From: Obrimoposthia wandeli
Lineage: Eukaryota
Assembly (NCBI GenBank): GCA_977020255.1
Contig: CDROCS010005920.1
Coordinates: 1-64,000 of the forward strand
Direction: 5' to 3'
DNA: 64,000 nt
The position numbers were made by a program, and so were the translations under genes. Position 1 is the stretch's first letter, and the number at the start of each line of letters is the position of its first letter. Positions 20,519-28,949 of this stretch are shown here, piece by piece. The notes beneath the pieces were generated by a model. That model was not told the origin of the DNA, did no database searches, and saw only the letters and a program-made list of their open reading frames with translations.

Positions 20519-21418
20519 TTAGCCTCGTATAGTGACGTTGAGTTGAGTATGTTCGTTTGCGTATTGTTGTGCTTTTTTCAATAGTTCTGAATTATTTAGT
20601 GGTTTATCTGAGCACAGGTACGGCATATCAAGTAAACGATATTTGTTGATGCCTAGAGTGTGATAAGGCAGTAAGTGAAGCTCTTTACAGTTTTCAAGTG
20701 AAGCTGCAAAATCGATAATCTCTTTCAGTTCTTCATTGGTATCATTAAAACTTGGAACAACAGGTACACGAATAACGATACGCTTAGCTATTGGCGCTAA
20801 TTTATGAAAATTCTCTTTGATTCGTTTTAACGAGCCTTTTGCCCAGTCTAAAAATTTTTCTTCATCAGTATGTTTTAAATCAACAAGCCAGCAATCAATG
20901 AAAGGTGCTACTTTTTCGACGTTCTTCCAAGGCACGTGCATGCAGGATTCAATCGCTGTCGAAACGTCATTGTCTTTCAGATTTTTCGCAATCTCAGCGA
21001 CAAGGTTTGCTTGCATTAACGGCTCGCCACCAGAGAAAGTAACACCGCCATTACTTTGCTCATAAAACGGGCTATCTTTCATTAGACTATCAAACAGCAT
21101 TTCTGCTTGGGCATCTTCGCCACAAACACTGAGAGCTTGAGTAGGACAAATGTCTCGCAGTGCAATGATCTGCTCGTCACTGATCGCCTTACGATTAATG
21201 ATGACCTTCCCGTTGTCGCGCTGTATAGCGTCACAAGCATTACTACAAAGCTGGCAATGTTCTAAGCAGTTCCGTTCATCAAACAGTAATGAATATTTTT
21301 CACTACGGCTTTCAGGGTTCTGACACCAAGGACAAGCAAGGCTACACCCCTTTAAGAACAAGATAGAGCGAATACCATCGCCATCATGGGTTGAGAATCG
21401 TTGAATGTTGAAATACAT
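20519..21418 (-). CDS. ybiY: GRE activating radical-SAM enzyme YbiY/PflE
   Basis: FNIQRFSTHDGDGIR, CxxxCxxC (CSLACPWC), ferredoxin insert, GGVTFSGGEP. Confidence 0.92.
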   Translation of the reverse strand: MYFNIQRFSTHDGDGIRSILFLKGCSLACPWCQNPESRSEKYSLLFDERNCLEHCQLCSNACDAIQRDNGKVIINRKAISDEQIIALRDICPTQALSVCGEDAQAEMLFDSLMKDSPFYEQSNGGVTFSGGEPLMQANLVAEIAKNLKDNDVSTAIESCMHVPWKNVEKVAPFIDCWLVDLKHTDEEKFLDWAKGSLKRIKENFHKLAPIAKRIVIRVPVVPSFNDTNEELKEIIDFAASLENCKELHLLPYHTLGINKYRLLDMPYLCSDKPLNNSELLKKAQQYANEHTQLNVTIRG

Positions 21419-21486
21419 GCCGCGTACCTTTTATTGCAGCAGAACTTTCTTTTTTTACTCTGCTTTCACTATATGAAATTAACACC

Positions 21487-21500
21487 ACTTCAAATGAAGT
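21487..21500. promoter_or_regulatory. Candidate YciT operator ACTTCA-AA-TGAAGT, with a CRP-like site ATGATATAGATCAAT just beyond
   Basis: Palindrome about 70 bp upstream of ybiY. Confidence 0.55.
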
Positions 21501-21570
21501 CGCGATGATATAGATCAATAAAGTTAAAAGTAACTAGATCTATAGTTATCCCAACAAAAAAACTGCGTTT

Positions 21571-22576
21571 TAATGTAATGAACCAGCCCATCAAACTATA
21601 GTTTTGATTAATAAGTAATTAAGTGGAAGGCAGGGTGATCATTATTAACTTACTGGGTGTTGATTATGATGGGGAATATGTTTTAAAAAAGCGATTATCA
21701 AGAGATGTACTGACTGAATATATCGCTAACACTCCACCATACAAGATCGTCATAGAATTTTGTGGAAGGCCAGAGTTTAACTACATGGCTATATAGTTAA
21801 ACTCATTCGTTCTCAATTTGTAAAACCGTTTGTTAAAAAAATAATGCTGAAGCCATCACGAAACAGCCAGTAGACCATCAGCCGACTTGTTAAAGGCTGC
21901 ACTGCATTGATTAAAGAAATAAGAAGCCTCAAACTTGGGTTATGAAATTACCATTCCTATAGGGGCTACAAAGGTTAAAAAATGTTTTTTGATTATTTCC
22001 AATGAAAATAATGAGCTGACTGGGACCTCTCGTAAGTTCATGAATAATTTCTACAGTAAGTTAGTCCAAATTGAAGACAAATTGAAATATTCAGAAAAGA
22101 AGGTCAAACAGACCTGTAGGAAAAATGAAGGCTACCGCCGACCCCAGTGTCGGGAAATTAACAGCTATGATTTCCGCGGTTCCAAATCCCAATGTATTTA
22201 AGAATAGTCGGCACATGTCCGCATGGCTTAGTACCCAGACAGCATTTTAGCGGAGACAAGCAAACGTTGTTGGGTATAAGCAAGCAAAAAGTGGCAGCCT
22301 AATACACTATATTAGATAGCTTGATATCAACTTTATAGTGGGTATTTCAATAATTTTGCGTTAGTTAATTTTAGATAATTAAACATAGGTCATACTTGCT
22401 TTTCTAAAACTAAAACCTGTTTTGCGATACGGTCCTAGAGCCAATTTTGATAATGGTAGAAGAGTACGGATTTACATCAGGGCACAAATTTAACTTAGAT
22501 GCTGAATATACGACTGCACCTTAGATTATACCAACATCACTAAAAATTAACGTGTAAATAGGAATGGTTCATACAC
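21571..22576 (+). mobile_element. Heavily decayed IS110-family (IS1111 subgroup) element with both ends
   Basis: Left end TAATGTAATGAACC; remnant INLLG.D..VLKKRLSR, FVKPFV; right end GCTGAATATACGACTGCA...GGAATGGTTCATACAC. Confidence 0.7.
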
Positions 22577-22609
22577 TCGTAAATTTTAGGGGGTATTGAG
22601 CTACCCATT

Positions 22610-23135
22610 TTAATCCATCGTTCCACACCAGTGAAGGTAGCTCTTGCACCGTCACCTGATTTCCATCTAAGCATTGATTCATTTTATTTTTCACTCTGCG
22701 GTGGTTTTGTTCAGATACTTGATTGAAAGAATTTCAATTAGACTCAGCATGTGCCCGTTACTCCAAGACCAATATTGATATGATGCAGTGCTAACGTGTT
22801 GGAATGGTTGTCGTAAATAATCACCTTTTCTGGTTTTTAATGTTGCCTTATGGCACTTTTGATTACTTTTTATCTAATTTAATACGCAGTAGAAAATCAA
22901 ACAGCACACCAATCAACCAACGGCTCGATAGCAATATTTCCACTGTTCTCTTACATTTATATACGTTTCCTCATCTGCCACAAAGAAGCTACAAACTTCT
23001 TCTTTCTCCGATCTCTCAACTAAAACAATGGCGCATATTTGAGTGCCTGTCGGTTCAATGTCGAGAATATCTCACTCTGCCATAATCTCTCCGATTTCAC
23101 TATAAGCAAAGGTACTAACGAACAGTCTTGTATAT
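22610..23135 (-). mobile_element. Decayed IS6 type-B remnant
   Basis: Patchy identity to 5787-6479. Confidence 0.75.
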
Positions 23136-23274
23136 GAATTATGAAGGACAGTCTCGGGCTGAGAATGGATTGTCACGCGATTTAACTGGGTTAAAAGATT
23201 CCGTGATCATAATTCATCGAGTCGCGTTGTAAAAAATAAATTATCAATTTTGTAACTAGCATACTCAGTGTTAA

Positions 23275-23333
23275 AAACTGTGATTTGGACTAAATAATGA
23301 AACTATGATTTGGACTAGACAATGAAACTGTGA
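23275..23333 (+). repeat. 25-bp tandem repeat, about 2.4 copies, in the promoter of the PtsG paralog
   Basis: AAACTGTGATTTGGACTAAATAATG / AAACTATGATTTGGACTAGACAATG / AAACTGTGA. Confidence 0.9.
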
Positions 23334-23336
23334 CTG

Positions 23337-23394
23337 TTCACTTGAAATAAAAAATGCCATTAAACTTACAATTGAAGCTTTGATCGAAATCAAA
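23337..23394. promoter_or_regulatory. TTCA-CT-TGAA operator candidate (23337-23346) and CRP-like site TTTGA-N6-TCAAA (23379-23394)
   Basis: Direct motif reading. Confidence 0.55.
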
Positions 23395-23468
23395 ATGTGA
23401 CATATATGAAATCAGGATACTTCCACTCGAAAGCATTAATGCAAAAATACTAATTACAAGAGGTCACT

Positions 23469-24860
23469 ATGAACATATTTAGCGAAATGCAAAAAATGGG
23501 ACGGAGTCTGATGTTACCGGTAGCTTGTATGCCAGCTGCAGGTATTCTATTAGGTATCGGCGGTAATTCTGAAGTGGCTAAGTTTCTGCCAGATTTAGTC
23601 GCTCAGATTATGACAGAAGCTGGGTTAGGCGTATTTTCCAATATGGCTCTTTTATTTGCTATTGGGGTCTCATTAGGTTTTTCAAAAAATGATGGCGTTG
23701 CAGCGCTAGCTGCTGTACTAGGCTACTTAACTATGTCAAGAGTGCTAGCGGTTATAGCACCAGGAACAGATACAGGTGTATTTGGTGGAGTTATTATGGG
23801 TTTAGCAGCAGCCGAACTGTTCAATCGATATCATACTATTAACTTACCAACCTATTTAGGATTTTTTGGAGGTAAGCGATTTGTTCCAATAATTACATCT
23901 TTAGCTGCGTGTGTAATAGCCGCGATAATAGCTGTTATTTGGAAACCTATTGGATCCGGTATTGCGGAATTTTCACACTGGGCAGCATACCAATCACCCA
24001 ACATTGCATTTGGAATTTACGGTGTTGTGGAACGTTCACTTATTCCTTTTGGGTTACATCATATTTGGAACTCAGCATTCTTTTATGAAGTGGGTCAATT
24101 CACGACAGCCGCTGGTGAAATAGTAAAAGGAGAAATCCCACGCTACTTAGCTGGCGATCCAACGGCAGGAAACTTAGCAGGTGGCTATTTATTCAAGATG
24201 TTTGGACTTCCAGCAGCTTGCCTTGCGATGTATGTTACAGCGAAGAAAGAAAATAAAATATTAGTAGCATCAATCCTTGGTTCAGCGGCTTTAACATCTT
24301 TCCTAACTGGCATTACTGAACCGATTGAGTTTGCTTTTATGTTTGTAGCACCATTACTTTATGTCGTTCATGCATTATTGTCTGGATTAGCATTCGTAGT
24401 GCTTATCGAACTCGGAGTAAAACATGGTACTACATTCAGCCATGGTCTATTTGATTTTACTCTACTATATGGAAACTCAACTAAAGGCTGGTTAATACCT
24501 GTCATCGGCTTAGCATATGCGGCATTATATTTTGTGGTTTTTGTTGCTCTAATTAAAGCATTTAATTTAAAAACGCCAGGACGAGAAACTACAACAGAGC
24601 AGATTAGAGAAAAATTCGATACTTCAAGTGATGGCTTAGCAAAAGAAATTCTTCTTGCGTTTGGAGAAAAAGATAACATCAAAGATTTGGATGCGTGTAT
24701 CACTCGCCTTCGTATTACCGTATTAGATAAGTCTAAGGTAAATGTACTACAACTAAAAAACCTTGGTGCTGCTGGTGTTTTTGAAAATGACTGCAATTTT
24801 CAAGCTGTTTTTGGTACACACTCTGAGATAATCAAAGGACAAATTGAAAATCTCACTTAG
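23469..24860 (+). CDS. PTS glucose-family EIICB (PtsG paralog)
   Basis: MQKMGRSLMLPVA.MPAAGILLG, LGFFGGKRFVPI, PFGLHHIW, GITEPIEF, EIIB DACITRLR. Confidence 0.93.
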   Translation: MNIFSEMQKMGRSLMLPVACMPAAGILLGIGGNSEVAKFLPDLVAQIMTEAGLGVFSNMALLFAIGVSLGFSKNDGVAALAAVLGYLTMSRVLAVIAPGTDTGVFGGVIMGLAAAELFNRYHTINLPTYLGFFGGKRFVPIITSLAACVIAAIIAVIWKPIGSGIAEFSHWAAYQSPNIAFGIYGVVERSLIPFGLHHIWNSAFFYEVGQFTTAAGEIVKGEIPRYLAGDPTAGNLAGGYLFKMFGLPAACLAMYVTAKKENKILVASILGSAALTSFLTGITEPIEFAFMFVAPLLYVVHALLSGLAFVVLIELGVKHGTTFSHGLFDFTLLYGNSTKGWLIPVIGLAYAALYFVVFVALIKAFNLKTPGRETTTEQIREKFDTSSDGLAKEILLAFGEKDNIKDLDACITRLRITVLDKSKVNVLQLKNLGAAGVFENDCNFQAVFGTHSEIIKGQIENLT

Positions 24861-24886
24861 TGTAGTGGTACGGTGAGCTTAGCCAC

Positions 24887-25645
24887 CTAATCAGATAAGA
24901 CAGATCTAACCAGTAATGAGGAATTATTACTGGTAAACAGCCTCAATATTAAAGAGACTATTCATAAAGGCGGAGCTCTCCCGCACTAGGATTTTACGTT
25001 CATCATTGCGCAACCATAAGTCAAACTGACCCTTATTTATCATCCGTAAGGACTCAAATCCCTGAAGCGTTGACTAAGCGCGTTTTCGTACTTTGAACCC
25101 ACAGGTAGCGACAGTGAGCTTCTTAATAGGCGCATGATCCGATTCGATACCATTATTAAGACATTTCACTTGTCGCTGCTCGCCATCTGCTCATAATCGC
25201 CCCTCTTTTTTCAAGCGAGCAATGGCATTGGCGTATGAGAAATCTTTGTCAGTGTTTAATGTTTTAGGCTGACTGTCTAAGCCGTAATATCTCAAGCAGC
25301 GCCGAATAAACTGATAAGCAGCCTCTTTATTACGCTTGTGGGAAAAGTAGAAATCGAGGGTTTCACCCTGTTTTTTGATGGCACGGTAAAGGCAGTGCCA
25401 TTTCCCCTTCACTTTGACTTAGGTTTCATCAAGTTACCATGAGGAGCCTGTCCGGATGAATTGATGTCGACGTAATTTCTTACTTAATTTAGGAGCATAG
25501 GCATATTCAATGAACAAACGATAAATGGTCGAACAATTCACCGAAATCCCTCGCTCTGCCAACATGTCACTGAGGTTGGCATAGCTCATTGGTGTTGAAC
25601 TATACCATCGTAAGCACCAAAAGATGATTTCAGGAGAAAATTTTT
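24887..25645 (-). mobile_element. Decayed IS6 type-C copy
   Basis: Homologous to 12530-13389, with stops and frameshifts. Confidence 0.88.
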
Positions 25646-25649
25646 TTCG

Positions 25650-25876
25650 GGAGCCAAATGCCGCGGTACCGCAGGCGAGCATCTTCGTGACATTATCTAT
25701 GACTGCTTCACGAACGTGACCGATGTGCTTATTGAGGAACGTCAGCCATTCCTGTTGTCAATTGAAAAAGGCTTTGAGTAGTTTGTCTGGATGAATAGAC
25801 AGGAAGATACCTGTCTATTCTTGTTATGAACAGTAAAACTAACAGGTCGTTAGTTGCTACGCAGGCAGCCTATGTT
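25650..25876 (-). mobile_element. IS91-family terIS end and transposase 5' fragment
   Basis: Minus strand (G)AAC-ATAGGCTGCC; KMLACGTAAFGS; homologous to 33068-33300. Confidence 0.8.
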
Positions 25877-25882
25877 CCTATA

Positions 25883-26518
25883 TTAAAATTTCAAGTTTAA
25901 AATTTCAACATAGGATTGCTCTTTCACCTTTAAGGTATTACCTCGCTCTAAAATTAACGTTAGTGATTTATCTCTATAACCATTATTTATCTCTTTTAAT
26001 ATTTCAGTAATTAAATTTAATTCATGTGAATAACCAGAACGAATATCACCAATTTTAGTCATTTTTTCAGTTTGCTTCAAAACTCTATCAGTTAAACGAT
26101 CGCTTCTAATACTCAAAGCATAATACTTATCGATTAAAAGAGCATTGTCGGTATAACCGTGTCTAATAGTATGTAGCATTGAAATTACTTTTTTTAAATT
26201 GTCAATTATTTTGTATAGTTTCTCAAGTGATTTTTCATTAATATTCCCACTGTCCAAGTAGTCAGAAGTAATATCATTTCTCATCATATTCAATCTGTTA
26301 CGGAATTTATTTAACGTCAGGAGTATTGCTGTGACATTATTAGAATCGCCATTTGGCATATTATCTTGGTCATAGACAACACTATTATCTTTATATATCT
26401 CAAATATTTCATTATGAGTTAATAACAGGGTTTCTTGGCCAATCAGTTGACTATCTGCATAGACAATATTTGTTTTAAGAAAAAGAGACAACAACAAGCA
26501 CGATGTGATTTTTTTCAT
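25883..26518 (-). CDS. Secreted alpha-helical hypothetical protein (211 aa)
   Basis: Signal peptide ...IVYA; AT-rich; no family recognised. Confidence 0.75.
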   Translation of the reverse strand: MKKITSCLLLSLFLKTNIVYADSQLIGQETLLLTHNEIFEIYKDNSVVYDQDNMPNGDSNNVTAILLTLNKFRNRLNMMRNDITSDYLDSGNINEKSLEKLYKIIDNLKKVISMLHTIRHGYTDNALLIDKYYALSIRSDRLTDRVLKQTEKMTKIGDIRSGYSHELNLITEILKEINNGYRDKSLTLILERGNTLKVKEQSYVEILNLKF

Positions 26519-26628
26519 TTGTAATGTTTCATCATTAAAGTAATGTAAAGTGTGAGTATAATGTAATTAAACATCAACGTGGTCGGACTTCATATATATG
26601 ATTAGAAGAAACCTAATCTGCCATCCAT

Positions 26629-27236
26629 GGCATTATTACAACACTAAAATTTTGTGGTCTTTTGATACGGTTAGGCGATTCGGTAACTATTGGGCATTTC
26701 GATATGGGTGAAGCTATTTAAAATAGAACAACCGAGTAATATTTCTTTTGTCTGGTTTTTCATACTTTATAAAGCGTAGCCCCGTGAGATTGAGCAGCTT
26801 AAGCCGCTTTGATAACAGCGTATAATCCGGGCATTGAAGGTTGCCCATGCCGAGATTCATCAGTAAGTTTTCAATGAAGCCTTGAGCTTGACTTAGCTGA
26901 AGATTATACACCAATTAGATGTAGTCGCAGGCTTCAATAGTACTGTCCGGATATTTAACGAAGAGCCGATACCGTCATAAACACGAGTGTCGTGTTGCCA
27001 ATTGTTGATGATATATTCATAAATCCAAATATCGAACTGCCTGCGTTGCCTGAGAGCCTGGTTGTACTCATGATAGTTATTTAACGCGTAGGTATGCTTC
27101 TTAAAATGATGGCGTTTTCTGTCATTGTGTTTATAAGGCATGTGTTAAATAGTGAACCAGTTTAAAAAGGTTCGCCATGATAACTGAACTCAGTGTTAAT
27201 GGAGTAGGGGTATTATCTGAGCGCTTCAACACTGCC
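26629..27236 (-). mobile_element. Internally deleted IS903-like element
   Basis: Both ends plus the 5' and 3' parts of the tnp homologous to 15715-16834; 608 vs 1120 bp. Confidence 0.85.
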
Positions 27237-27407
27237 TAACCTAGAGCTGCGTTCCGGTTCACTATAAAAAATATTTTATTATGAATGTTGTTTTTTTATT
27301 GATTCATTTCAAATTTTAAAGTAACCTTCTGGGTAGTTAGTCCCGAATGGGAATGTATTTTTTGGTTCCTTTTTGGATAGGGCGCCATTCAACATCGGAT
27401 GATTTAA

Positions 27408-27860
27408 ATGAAAAAATTAGCATTTTTACTGATCGGTGTGCCTTTGAGTTCTAGCATTGTTTTCGCTAACACATGATGATATACGAAGTTCATATACCTA
27501 ATGGATATTAAGATAATATCATTGCGATTTACATTACAATAAAGAACCTTAAAAATAGATTAAGTATGGTGAGAGGTGAAATGAATACTGATGATATTTA
27601 CAGTGACCACGATAAGTGATAAGGCAAGAGAAAAAATTAATTAATCGATGGGTTGGTTAATATTACGAATAAGTTAAATAAAGTAAGGAAAGGATTTATT
27701 GACAATAACAGACATAATCGATAAACACTCCCCCTTTAGTCTCAATAGTGTACCTAGAATAATAGATAAGACGGTTAAAATGGTTGAGGTTGGTGATGTT
27801 CAATCTGGTTATGCACATGAATTAAATTTCAGACCATCAATTTAAAATTAGAGTTCTAAT
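27408..27860 (+). pseudogene. Decayed paralog of the 25883-26518 secreted protein
   Basis: MKKLAFLL..SSSIVFA signal; pieces NIIAIYITIKNLKNRLSMVR, KVRKGFIDN, KTVKMVEVGDVQSGYAHELN align to the intact gene. Confidence 0.8.
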
Positions 27861-28647
27861 GAAGATAAAGCAGGTTTTCTTATTCTGCTAACAACAAAAG
27901 TTACTCTCAATGAAAAATAATCTTACTTACTTTAGTTCTTCCACCTATTCAGCGCCATTAGGCACCGAAAACACAGTTACACTAGGAAATTAGCCATAAC
28001 AATACTTGGTTTAACTGTCATTACACTTCATCAGTTCTTGTGTAAAAAGATTATAGCGAGTGTATTGCTGAGAGTGCGTTATCTGGTTTCACAGCACTAG
28101 CCGTGATTGTTATTGATGACATAGGACAAGTTCTACAAATCGAACTTGTAAACTAAATTATGGGTGCACTAAATCCTGTTCGCTGTAATAACTGAAATTT
28201 GGACGTTGAATGAATTATCATCTCAGTTGTAGTTACTGTTTTACCTACCAAAAACATATTAAAATCCAAAGAAGTATAATTGAACGGTTATTTATACACC
28301 GTTGTAGAATGAAATATTTTTGCCAAAATTGTCAACAATATTTTTATATAAGGTATTACAAATAATGAGACAGAAAGCTATCACCATAACCCTATTTTTC
28401 ATTTTAGTTGCATCTCTTTTTTTCAGCCTTATTTGGTTAACAGAAACGATAAGTAATAACTTTGAGAATAGTAATGTCGATATAATTTTATTTGATAAAA
28501 AAGTTTTTTTTAAGTGCCACATTCTTTGCTAGTACGACCATTTAAAATGGTTATCATCACTCATATAGTTAAACGTTACAATTTTTTTATTAACTATTCA
28601 GCACGCAGAAAAATATTAATCAACCCCATATTGATAGTGATTAGGGT

Positions 28648-28750
28648 TGTTATGTCGCAAACTGGAGTGCTGAGTCGACAACCTTGAAAGGTTATCTGTT
28701 TGGGAGCAATTTTACGCGCTAGCAGCCTAATTGTATCTAAAAATCAGTAC
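28648..28750 (+). mobile_element. IS6 left end fused to a tnp 3' end (internal deletion)
   Basis: TGTCGCAAACTGGAGTGCT then DN..RLSVWEQFYALAA*. Confidence 0.65.
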
Positions 28751-28764
28751 TTTTGTATTTCGTA

Positions 28765-28920
28765 ATAACTTTTCGACACAATCAGTAAACGTGACTTTAA
28801 GGAAGCTATTGACCAATTTTTTACTGTCACTCTTCCAGAGATCGTAGGCTCATTGACGTATCGACTTAATGATAACTTGAAGGTACTCAAGCCTGAATCG
28901 TCAAGTTGATTGGCGTAGAT
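28765..28920 (+). mobile_element. IS630-family 3' remnant
   Basis: SKRDFKEAIDQFFTVTLPEI..L..RLNDN..VLKP.SSS* resembles Vibrio IS630 C-termini as I recall them. Confidence 0.6.
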
Positions 28921-28949
28921 ATATATCAAATTACTTAAAAGAGATTTTT

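Noticed and set aside
23275-23333. Mini-CRISPR array
   Set aside because: Contiguous tandem repeats with no spacers and no cas genes.
28292-28532. Small membrane-protein ORFs
   Set aside because: Very AT-rich, overlapping on both strands, no RBS or homology evidence.
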